Shown here: positions 51,099 through 62,755 of the stretch, one piece after another
How the letters are laid out: every line of letters starts with the position of its first letter
Position numbering within the stretch: the stretch's first letter is position 1
From: Ranitomeya imitator
Lineage: Eukaryota
Assembly: GCF_032444005.1 (NCBI RefSeq)
Contig: NC_091287.1
Location: 112,964,001-113,028,000 of the forward strand
Length of the DNA: 64,000 nucleotides
Reading direction: 5' to 3'
Made by a program: the position numbers and the translations under genes
The notes under the pieces: model-generated
The model's input: the letters and a program-made list of their open reading frames with translations, nothing else
The model's database searches: none
What the model was told of the DNA's origin: nothing

Positions 51099-52094
51099 TG
51101 TAGGGATTCGAACTGAAATCTAAGAGTGGACCCTCTGGGTCGTGACTCTAGAGCCCCCGGGGTCGAGCGGACCAGATGGAGTCACCCCCTATACAGGGAG
51201 CGTTAGGAGCAGGACCTCGGGGGAATGGAGACACAACAGCTAGAGCCAAAGGGACGATCCAAGATAGAGACTACAGAGCTATTAGAATGACGGGGAATAA
51301 TAGGAAAACAGGACTTAACTGATAAAGACAGGAACACAGGCGATGACGGGCAAGGCTGGACCACAGGACTTGGCAGGAGACGGCAGGAACACGGAACTTG
51401 GCAGGAGACGGCAGAAACACGGAACTTGGTGGAATACAGCGGGAACACGGAACTTGGCAGAAGACGGCAGGAACACGGAACTTGGTGGAAGACAGCAGGA
51501 ACACGGAACTTGGCAGAAGACGGCAGGAACACGGAACTTGGTGGAACACAGCAGGAACACGGAACTTGGCAGAAGACGGCAGGAACACGGAACTTGGTGG
51601 AAGACAGCAGGAACACGGAACTTGGCAGAAGACGGCAGGAACACGGAACTTGGTGGAACACAGCAGGAACACGGAACTTGGCAGAAGACGGCAGGAACAC
51701 GGAACTTGGTGGAACACAGCAGGAACACGGAACTTGGTGGAACACAGCAGGACAAAACACTGAAACAAAGCGAAGACTGAGCAGGGAAACAGGAATGGCG
51801 AAAGGGAGCCTAGGACATAGGGACACTGACGGCAGACAGTGCACCTACAAAGCAAAGGCGTCTTACCTAGGGAGACGCCGGGAAGAAATACCCGATGGGC
51901 GCCGCCATGTTGGGGCGGAGCCACCGGGTCGCGACCTCCCAGAGGGCTCAGCGGCGGAGGAGACGCGACTGCGCATGCTCAGGGAGACTGGACGCCGAGA
52001 GCCGGCGAAGGAGGAAGCAGAGCGGCGCTGGACAGGAGAGCGAGTGCGCCGAGGGATGTGAGAAGCCAGGTAAGTATGCGCAGCGATCGTAACA
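51099..52094. mobile_element. Solo LTR inserted in ERV pol
   Basis: TGTAGGG...CGTAACA with 5-bp TSD TCATG at 51094-51098 and 52095-52099. Confidence 0.85.
51368..51745. repeat. 28-bp tandem array inside the solo LTR
   Basis: Alternating variants of GGCAGGAACACGGAACTTGGCAGAAGAC and AGCAGGAACACGGAACTTGGTGGAACAC. Confidence 0.92.
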
Positions 52095-54830
52095 TCATGT
52101 AGTAGCCATCCGGCTCTACAACCTCTCCCACTTCTCCATATTGTATTCCTTTGGCTGCTTCTTTGGCTGCCATATCCACCATGTTATTGCCCCGTGCCTC
52201 TACTGTGTTCAGTTTTCCATGTGCTTTGACTTTAAGTACTGCCACCATTTTTGGAAGTTGGAGTGCATCCAACAGGTCCTTGATGGCTCCATGATGCTTC
52301 ACGGTCGTTCTGCTTGCTGTGATGAAGTCCCTTGCAGCCCAGATGGGTCCAAGGTCATGTGCTATGCCATGCAAGTACCAGTACCTTGAATCAGCATATA
52401 TGTTTGCTGTCTTGTCTTCTGCCATCTGGTAGGCCTTCGTCAGCACTATCAGTTCTGCTTCCTGGGCTGACAGACTAGGCGGCAGACTTCTGGACCACAG
52501 GATCCCTTGATTGCTGGTCACTGCACATCCCGTGTGGAATCTTCCTTCATCATCTGCAAATCTGGAGCCATCCACATAGAGGATCAACTCTGGGTTGGTC
52601 AGTGGCTTTTCTGCCACTTTTGGTAGTCCTGCTGTTTCCTGTTGCATGATCCCGAAGCAATCATGGTCATCCATCCGGAGCAAATGCAGATCCCTGCGGA
52701 AGGAATCATGCAGATTTCAATCAGAATTTTGATCTGAGGGTCCATATCTGTATCCCCCTTGGGAGTGGGAGTAGAGTGGATGGGTTGAGGACTGTGCATC
52801 TGGAGATGGTGACATTGTCGGGCAGGAGTAGAGAGCACTGGAGGTAAAGATACCTGGCGGTGGAGAGATCTTTTGGCTGGGTTTGGTTGAGGATTGCTGA
52901 GATGTCATGCGGAGCCAGGATTTCCAATGGATATCCAAGAATGATGTCAGCAGTCCTGTCCAGGAGGGAGTGTGCTGCAAATGCTGCTCTCATGCAGGAG
53001 AGGGCCCCCCTTGCAACTGGATCCAGGCGAGCTGAAAAGTAGCCTAAAGGTGTCTGCTTTCCCCACTGAAGCTGCATCAGGACTCCATTAGCAAGGCCTT
53101 CTTTTTCCATCAGGTAGAGACGGAATGGCTTCTCGTAGTCAGGTAGGCCTAGTGCTGGCGCTGAGACTTCAGAGCCTTTTAACTTCTTGAACGAGCTAAA
53201 GGCTGCATCTGTCAGGAGGAACGGGGTTACGTTGACGCAATCATACAGAGGCTGCATTAGGACTGAGGCATCAGGGATCCAGGCTCTGCAATACGAAACT
53301 AGACCAAGGAAGGCCTGTAGTGCCTTTGCAGTTGTTGGAGGAACCATCTTCTCCACTGTGGTCTTCCGGTCATCTGACAGGCGTTTTGTCTGGTAAGCAA
53401 TACAGTGTCCCTGGAACATAACTCGCTTCAGACACCACTGGACTTTGTTCTTTGAGACCTTGCAGTGCTGCTCCACCAGGTAGAGTAGGAGAGACGAGGA
53501 ATGGGCTTTACACGTGTCAAAGTCAACTGCACAAAGGAGTAGGTTGTCCACGTATTGTAGCAGGGTTACTTCTGCATGTTCTGTGACCCAGTTGGTGAGG
53601 ACTGTGGACATTGCTTTGGAGGAACTGTTATAGGCTGTTCTGGGCCCGCTGTGGCATCACTGTCCATGTGTGCTGTGCCCTCTGGTGCGCTAAGGCAAAC
53701 AGGAACTGGTCATCCGGATGAAGGGGAACACTGGAGAAAGCATTAGCCAGGTTGGTCATTGTGAACACTTTTGCTGTGGAAGGCACATTTGAGAGCAGAG
53801 TGTGCGGATTCGGCACAATTGGAGTTTCAAACACCATGACGTCACAGCTCTCAGGTGATGTACCATTCTGAACTTGGCTGGCTCTCATTTTACAGTCTTT
53901 TTCTTGACCAGGAAAAGTGGGGTATTGCAAGGTGATGTGCAAAGAACAATGATTCCTGTTTCCAGGTAGACCTTCAGTTGGTCAGAGACAGCTTGACTCT
54001 AGGCGATGGACAGGGGATACTGGGCCTTACGAGGGTACGGGGTGCCTGGCTTGAGTGACACCTGTACGTGGGCAAATTGAGGTTTTCCCACGTCCTAGGG
54101 TCCCTTAGACCATAGGCTTTCTGGTACTACATCCAGTACCTCCTTGGGTAGGCCTTCGTCGCTTGTTTGAGGTTCTTGTAGGGCTGCCAGCATGATTCTT
54201 CTTAGGTCAGGGATGAAGAAAGTGTCACGATCCCATCTTCCTGGAATATTGTGGTCGCCTTCAGCTTCTGCAGTAGGTCTGCTCCCAGCAGATTGAGTGG
54301 CAGGTCCCTGACACCACAAACTGGGACAGGACAGAGTGTCCTGGCTGAGTGCACACGCTCAGAGGCTTTGTAAGCTGAGAATGTCTGACTTGATCATCAA
54401 TGCCCATGCAAGACAAAGAGGATTCTGAAAAGCAGGTGGGATTGGGGAGTTCCACATGTCTCATCACACTTCTGGCTGCACTGGTGTGCAGAAGAAATGA
54501 TCTGACAATGCCATCCACTTTCAGGGTAATTTGAGGTATTGGTCCTGCAGATGGGGTTTTACATGTCAGGAGCATAGTGTCTTGCGGACCTGGCTTGCCC
54601 CTGTCCTATGGACGGGGTACTTCTTCCTTGACCTGTTTCTCTGGACCAAGTCTCGGGTTGCATGGGTGCTCTGCACTGGTTCCGGAAATGGCCAAACTTG
54701 CCACAGTTGTAACACTTGACACTTCTTCTGTCTTTGTAGGATGGTTGCGCATCCAGGTCAGTGGTCACCATGAGAGGGGCCGTCTTCAGCACTCCTGGTT
54801 GGGACTCAATCCCTTTGGCTACTGTGAACA

Positions 54831-55314
54831 ACGGCATGATGGGCACTGTAGCGGCAGCAGGGTCCGGCCTGCTGATTGAAGCTGCGGGCCCTGCGGGGCC
54901 TTGTGTTAAGATGGGGCCTGCAGGTGCATCCGTGGCGAGGCACGGAGGTGCCATGAGACCGACGGCTGCATCTAACCTGAGGTCTTGGGGCATTACAGGG
55001 GCTGCGGCTGCATCTGCCACCACTTCTTTCCGCTGGTCTGACATAGCTTCTCCCCATTGCTAACCTTATTATGGTCGGTGTCTCCTCTCCAGAGTCTGCA
55101 GCGGTTCTTCCGGTGTGTCCCCGGTACTTTGCAGCATCTTCACTTCTGGCTCTCCTTCTGGCGTTCTCAGCAGCGTGGCACCCGTTACCTTCTTCGCGCT
55201 CTTTCCAGCTGGCTCCACCCATGAAGATACGCCTCTTCTCTCGCACTCTTCGTGGCGCTATAACGGCGTCAGTTTTGGCGGCAATTTGGCAATAAACAGT
55301 CTCTTAGGCGCACA
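54831..55314 (-). mobile_element. Fragment of a different LTR-element leader and ORF start, inserted in ERV gag
   Basis: Flanked by TGAACA at 54825-54830 and 55315-55320; resembles 20997-21170 of the cold-shock LTR element. Confidence 0.6.
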
Positions 55315-55463
55315 TGAACAGTTTTGCTGGGACAGTCCACTGCTATTGACCTGTTCTTGGGCCTAGCCACTATCAGTGGTTTCCTGATTGGCTGTCTTAG
55401 TCCATGCACAAAGGCCTGTGTCAACATTTGCCTGTGTATCTGGTCATGAATGGTGAAGCCTAA

Positions 55464-56168
55464 AGGTACCGTCACACTAAGCGACACTGCAGCGATACCG
55501 ACAACGATCCGGATCGCTGCAGCGTCGCTGTTTGGTCGCTGGAGAGCTGTCACACAGACAGCTCTCCAGCGACCAACGATGCCGGTAACCAGGGTAAACA
55601 TCGGGTTACTAAGCGCAGGGCCGCGCTTAGTATCCCGATGCTTACCCTGGTTACCATCGTTAAAGTAAAAAAAAACAACCACTACATACTTACCTACCGC
55701 TGTCTGTCCTCCGGCGCTGTGCTTCTCTGCCCTGTGTAAGCACAGCGGCCGGAAAGCAGAGCGGTGACGTCACCGCTCTGCTTTCCGGCTGCCCGGCGCT
55801 CACAGCCAGAGCAGAGAAGCACAGCACCGGGGACAGACAGCGGTAGGTAAGTATGTAGTGTTTGTTTTTTTTACTTTAGCGATGGTAACAAGGGTAAACA
55901 TCGGGTTACTAAGCGCGGCCCTGCACTTAGTAACCCGATGTTTACCCTGGTTACCAGCGAAGACATCGCTGAATCGGCGTCACACACGCAGATTCAGCGA
56001 TGTCAGTGGGAGAGCCAGCGACAAAATAAAGTCCTGGCCTTTCTGCCCCGACCAGCGATATCACAGCAGGGGCCTGATCGCTGCTGCGTGTCACACTGGA
56101 CGATATCGCTAGCCAGGACGCTGCAACGTCACAGATCGCTAGCGATATCATCCAGTGTGACGGTACCT
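55464..56168. mobile_element. Harbinger-like palindromic MITE in ERV gag
   Basis: TIR AGGTACCGTCACACT / AGTGTGACGGTACCT; flanks TAA and TTA; internal inverted repeats. Confidence 0.75.
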
Positions 56169-57009
56169 TTAGTCTTGGAATACTTGCATTACTCTGCCAT
56201 AAAACTTCTGTACAGACTCTGTCTTGTCTTGGCTAATGTCATGTGAGCTGAGGGCTTGTCCTGTCAATCTGCCTTTGGCCCAGTCTCTGAGCTGTTCAAA
56301 TAGCTGTGGCCCTGACTCCCAAGCGTGTACATCTAATTCTGCTTGAAGTTTGAATTGTTCCTTCATGACTGGCCAGAGTGCATCACCTGCTTTTATTTCC
56401 ATTTATGGCCCAGAGATCATTTCCAGGTGGCTGCATATGTTCGCTGGTTCTGCTACATTCTTCGGTAAAATGGCTTGGGATGCATCCCTGGGTCTGGAAG
56501 ATTGTCACCTGATTTATGGTGAAGTGCACATAGTGTAATGGTGGTGCCTCTATCTGCCCGTGCATTCTTGGTGCCTGTGGGTTTCTTTTCCTAGTACTAG
56601 GCAGCATGTATGATGTTCCCTCTTCACCTTCATCAGAGGAATAGTTGTGATAGCGTGTGCTGGGGTCATACACTGGCTGATTTTGGACTTAGAAGTTGCC
56701 TTTTTGTGTGAGGATGTCTCCCCCCCTTGTTGAAGCCTAGGCTTATAGTTCTATGTTGGTGTGAATATAGGTAGCTCTGACCGGTGCTGAAGTTGTACAT
56801 TATCAGCAGATAGTGATGTCAGTCCTCCCCCCTCTGCACCCAGGGCTGAGCTGTCTGCTGCCTGATGTGCCTGGGGGCTGCCTGCTGTAGGGTAGGGAGA
56901 TTTTCACCTTCTTCCCCTGATATCACAACCGGCAATGGCTGGACTGTGCCTGTAAGCACTGAATACAGAGGTACCACATTAGTTGCATTGGGCGTTGGCC
57001 CAGCCGGCA

Positions 57010-57465
57010 ACAGAGAAGAAAAAGAAGAAGAATAAGAAGAAGAAGGAGGGTGTGTAAAAGGAGGAGATAGGTGAGGCAGAGAAGAAGGAAGAGGTAGAGG
57101 AGTGAGAAAAAGGAACAGAAGGAGGAGAAGATGGGAGGTGTGGAGAAGGAGGAGAGAAGGAGGAGAGAAAAAGGGTGAGTGAAGAAGGAGGAAAGAGGTG
57201 TGGAGAAGAAGGAGAAGGAGGAGTAGAGATGTGGAGGAGAGAGATAGAGGAGGAGATGAGAGGTGTGGAGGAGGATGTGGAGAAGGAAGAGCAGGAGGAG
57301 ATAGGTGTGGTGGGGGTGTGAAGAAGGAGGAGAGAAGGAGGAGAGAAAAAGGGTGAGTAAAGAAGGAGGAAAGAGGTGTGGAGAAGAAGGAGAGGAAAGG
57401 AGAGAGAGAGGGAAGAAGGAGGAGAGAAAGAGTGACAGAGAAAGAGGAGGATAGAGAAGAGAATT
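57010..57465. repeat. Purine-rich (GAA/GGA) low-complexity tract
   Basis: Direct reading; ~70-bp internal duplication near 57143 and 57322. Confidence 0.9.
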
Positions 57466-59260
57466 CCTCCCCGCTCTGTGCAGTCTGAGAGGGCATGGTT
57501 GGAACAATGATGCCTTCTCCTTGTAGGGAGGGACGGGGCGCGCCATATACTGTGCAAAAACTCCCTATACCATGGATTCTGTTGAGAGCAGACTGCACAT
57601 GCCTAATGTATGGGGAGGCGCTGATGGCTTAATACCTGTCCCCATCTTATACACATAAAAATCACTTCCTGGTTTGCTCATATATCTTTCTGTACCACCT
57701 AAACGATGTAAGCTCTGCTGCTACTTTATACCTGGTATTAGCATTCAGCAATTTAACATCAGCTAACTTCCCTTATTTTCCTTTCTAAATACGTCATGCC
57801 ATTCTGCAGTCTGAAGTCTGCCATTCTCATGAATCCCACATACTTTATATCTTCCAAAATTCTTCACATACTTAACACCTTCGTGTTCTGCCACTGTCTG
57901 GGGTGGGGGGCAGTTTGCTCTCCAGGAAAATATAAAAAAAACACTCCTCTATGCCCATCTTACTCCCCATGGCAAAAACAAAAACAGACAAAATAAACAA
58001 AAAGGGAAAAAAAAACAACAACAACAAACGTCATAAAGATTGGTATATAAAAGCACAAAAAACAAAAAGAAAAGAAAACATTCAAAAAGTTGGTACAAGA
58101 AGTTGAAACCAAAAGAAAAGAAAACCATAAAAAACTTGGTACACAACCAAAAAACTAAACATTTTGATACAGAAGGAAAAACTTTAAAGGGTAAAAAGTT
58201 TAAATGGCTTTTCTTACACTTTGTGCTCAAACGCAGCCAGACTCACACACTTCCCCTTTTCTTATGCTGCTGTATCCAGCTCCGCCTAAGTCGGCATGCG
58301 TCCTGCGTACTTATCTTTAACATTGGGTACGCAGTCCATGCGAATGTTTGCAGATGCCTCTGCCTGCGTCGCTTTGATGCTGCGCCGAACTGCACCCAAC
58401 GCAACATGTTGCGGTCGGCGCTGCGTCGAAACGATGCATGCGGAGGCATCCACATATATTCGCATGGCCTGCATACCCAATGTTAAAGATAGGTACGCAG
58501 GACGCATGTTGACGTAGGCGGAGCTGAATGGAAGAGATGTGGCAATGGGCAGGGCTTAAAGGAAGAACAACACAGCCCTCCACAGCTCTGCCCAATGCAA
58601 GTGTGAAACCAGCCTAACAAATATGGTTGTAAATAATCCTCAATAAGGCGGGACCCTAAAGCATCTGTTTAAATACTGTAAAAGTATTTCTGTATTAGCA
58701 GAAGTGTTACGTTTGGTCCAACGTCCTAAAATTCCTATACACCAGTGTACTTAAAAATGATCTAATACATAAACATCATATTTTCAATGATTCACACATA
58801 TATTATATATTGAAAGCTCTCTGTATACACTTCTCCAGTATCTCTTCTTTCCCTTTCACACATGTCAAACAAATCTGCTATGTCTCAGGTGTCACAAATC
58901 TGTTTGTAAGTGCTGTCAGATGACGGTGTGAACCAGTGCTGCACAGACGTGAGAGCCAAGTAACACAATTCCTGTTTCTAAGTGAATGTTCAATAAATTA
59001 AACCAGTTATTAAAGTTCAATCTGATGTATTGAGCATACTCAACACCAATTTTAAAGATGACAAATATTATAAAATGACCTTATGATGTGCCTGTGGAGG
59101 GCTAAGAGTGCTAGTAATAAGATATGACTACTAAATTTATTATTTTACATAGCAATGTTTTTAATAAAGGTAAATTGTCAGAATTGTTTTACCCATAAAG
59201 CATCAAGAGTGCCTGATTGTTATTACTATCGCTAAAGGTATCCTTGGCAGTCCCAATTAG

Positions 59261-59614
59261 AGGAGCTTTCCAGGCTGAACATAAATTTAAATTCACATTT
59301 CTTATTCCTGACGGTGTGTAGGATGCACAGTGTCAGGATTCTGTTCTGTTGCCCGCTTGAATCTATGTGATTTACATAGTTGGGGGTCACATGACAATTA
59401 GCTTCTGATCTGTTTCTTTCAAAACAACAAATGAGAATTAGAAAGGGTCTAATGTATCCACCAGTGAATCACATTCTAGCAGTCTCATGATCACCGCTCG
59501 AGCTGTCAATAGAGGGGAAACGTGATAGTGTACATAATGTACACTGTCAGGATTTGGCAATCTGCAGTCACATCAAATTAATGCAGAAAAATATGTGAAG
59601 CATGGAAAACCCCT
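59261..59614. mobile_element. Probable Kolobok/T2-like MITE
   Basis: AGGAGCTTTCCA / TGGAAAACCCCT ends, each flanked by TTAG. Confidence 0.5.
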
Positions 59615-60012
59615 TTAGTGTATGTGATAACTACAGTTGTGGTCAAAAGAATTGAGACCCTGCAATTCTGTCAGATAATACTCAGTTTCTTCCTGAAAAT
59701 GATTGCAAACACAAATTCTTTGTTATTATTATCTTCATTTAATTTGTCTTAAATGAAAAAACGCAAAAAGAATTGTCCTAAAGCCAAATTGGATATAATT
59801 CCACACCAAACATAAAAACGGGGGGACAAAAGTATTGGCATTGTTCAAAAAATCATGTGATGCTTCTCTAATTTGTGTAATTAACAGCACCTGTAACTTA
59901 CCTGTGGCACCAAACAGGTGTTGGCAATAACTAAATCACACTTGCAGCCAGGTGACATGGATTAAAGTTTACTCAACCTATGTTATGTGTCCTTGTGTGT
60001 ACCACATTGAGC

Positions 60013-61045
<1,033 letters not shown>

Positions 61046-61180
61046 GCTGAGGGTGCCAATACTTTTGTCTGGCCCATTTTAGGAGTTTTGTGTGAAATGA
61101 TCAATGTTTTGCTTTTTGATTCATTATCTTTTGTGTTTTTTCATTTAAGACAAATTAAATGAAGATAATAATACCAAACA

Positions 61181-62470
61181 CTAAACAATGAAATACACTG
61201 GCGCTAAAACAACACGTGAAAACTCCACAAGTGCCGCTGGTATCCCAGTCGGATAATGTGCCCAATCTGACAAACAAGAGAAAGAAACTGCTATATGACA
61301 GTGGGAATACCGCGCTACAGGTGGCTAGAACTAATGAACATGCGAGATAATCCTATGTTGTGCAGAACCGCATATGATCCTAAGCGGTAGCTGCTATATA
61401 TAATATATAAGGGATCACACTCATTAAAGATGACTGCTGATAGTATAGTCCTTGCTTCTATGTTTTGCAAAACCGCATATGATCCTGAGCGGTAGCTGCT
61501 ATACAATATTCAAATGACCGCCTTGGGATCGCACACATAAATGGTGACTACTGATAATATAGTCCTTACTTGGTACGTAGGTGTCGTCGCACGGGTGGAC
61601 TGTTAGCCTCAGATTCGGATGACGAGGTTGCGCTCATAGAAGTCCGATGCGCCGGAGACAAGTCCCGTCCCTCTGGTAGGTGAGTGTGCAGTTATCAGGC
61701 ACAGCCTATAGCGGTGGCTGCGGGTATGGCAGGCAAGGGCTGCTTGGGTTGCGTGTAGAGCCAGAGACGTCCCGGCCGGAGGCGTCCCTGGATACACGTG
61801 GAAGATGGCCGACACCGCCGAGCAGTGAGTGACGTCACTTGGCCTAAGGAGACTCAGTGGGGCCCCACTGAGTCTCCTTAGGCCAAGTGACGTCACTCAC
61901 TGCTCGGCGGAGTCTCCTTAGGCCAAGTGACGTCACTCACTGCTCGGCGGTGTCGGCCATCTTCCACGTGTATCCAGGGACGCCTCCGGCCGGGACGTCT
62001 CTGGCTCTACACGCAACCCAAGCAACCCTTGCCTGCCATACCCGCAGCCACCGCTATAGGCTGTGCCTGATAACTGCACACTCACCTACCAGAGGGACGG
62101 GACTTGTCTCCGGTGCATCGGACTTCTATGAGCGCAACCTCGTCATCCGAATCTGAGGCTAACAGTCCACCCGTGCGACGACACCTACGTACCAAGTAAG
62201 GACTATATTATCAGTAGTCACCATTTATGTGTGCGATCCCCAGGCGGTCATGTGAATATTGTATAGCAGCTACCGCTCAGGATCATATGCGGTTTTGCAA
62301 AACATAGAAGCAAGGACTATACTACCAGCAGTCATCTTTAATGAGTGTGATCCCTTATATATTATATATAGCAGCTACCGCTTAGGATCATATGCGGTTC
62401 TGCACAACATAGGATTATCTCGCATGTTCATTAGTTCTAGCCACCTGTAGCGCGGTATTCCCACTGTCAT
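61181..62470. mobile_element. Inverted-repeat cassette 5 (long zero-spacer palindrome)
   Basis: 16-bp direct repeat ATAATAATACCAAACA at 61165-61180 and 62471-62486; arms about 61292-61862 and 61863-62470. Confidence 0.85.
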
Positions 62471-62755
62471 ATAATAATACCAAACAATTTGGGATTGCAA
62501 TCATTTTCAGGAAGAAACTGAGTATTATCTGACAGAATTGCAGTGGTGTCAATACTTTTGGCCACAACTGTATGTCTTTTTCAGGCGTATTCTGTCTGGA
62601 ATCCTACTGAAAAAGCCCTAAAATATACTATAGAGATAGAACATAATACACATCAATGTCAGAACAACATACTGTTTTCATGTTCAGTCTTTTGTTAGCT
62701 CTTCTAACTGCTTCAGGGATCGGAAGCTATGAAGCAGTTAAAAGAAGTAAACTTA

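Larger units (their letters stand above)
49888..54540 (-). pseudogene. pol: ERV pro-pol (PR, RT, RNase H, IN), disrupted
   Basis: PR FLLHTSA (DTG decayed); LLQYVDNLLL; FLGLVSYCRAWIP; LYVDGS...SAQEAEL...IYADSRY; HGPTH...CLTC; IQIDHIQMP...VDVFSGWPEAFP; GPFQVLL. Confidence 0.92.
54559..57644 (-). pseudogene. gag: ERV gag, fragmented by insertions
   Basis: MGQVLS (myristoylation-like) at 57644; PLHYVHF; MHR-like SQDKTESVQKFYGRV; AFVHGLR; CYNCGKFGHFRNQC. Confidence 0.8.
48922..58270 (-). mobile_element. Class I (gamma/epsilon-like) endogenous retrovirus, env-less, 5' LTR missing
   Basis: 3' LTR 48922-49656 with inverted termini TGTTATGGAAAT / ATTTCCATCACA; PPT 49657-49668; gag-pro-pol remnants. 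Confidence 0.88.
48834..58614. mobile_element. Harbinger-type MITE split by the ERV (arms 48834-48921 and 58277-58614)
   Basis: GGCTGG...CCAGCC termini with TAA on both sides (48831-48833, 58615-58617); 48834-48921 is an imperfect reverse complement of 58527-58614. Confidence 0.8.

Noticed and set aside
51203-52061. Six long ORFs as protein-coding genes
   Set aside because: They arise from the stop-free 28-bp tandem array in a solo LTR.
56819-57598. Ser/Leu/Pro-rich 192-259 aa ORFs
   Set aside because: Open only because the pyrimidine-rich strand cannot form stops.
57650-58276. ERV 5' LTR or PBS
   Set aside because: No similarity to 48922-49656 and no TGG-type PBS; treated as leader sequence.
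58890-58915. 17-nt microexon (CAG/GTGTCACAAATCTGTTT/GTAAGT)
   Set aside because: Splice-like motifs of this quality occur by chance; no supporting neighbouring exon.
61612-61650. Hammerhead in cassette 5 (CGGATGA...)
   Set aside because: No GAAA element or cleavage triplet in the right place.
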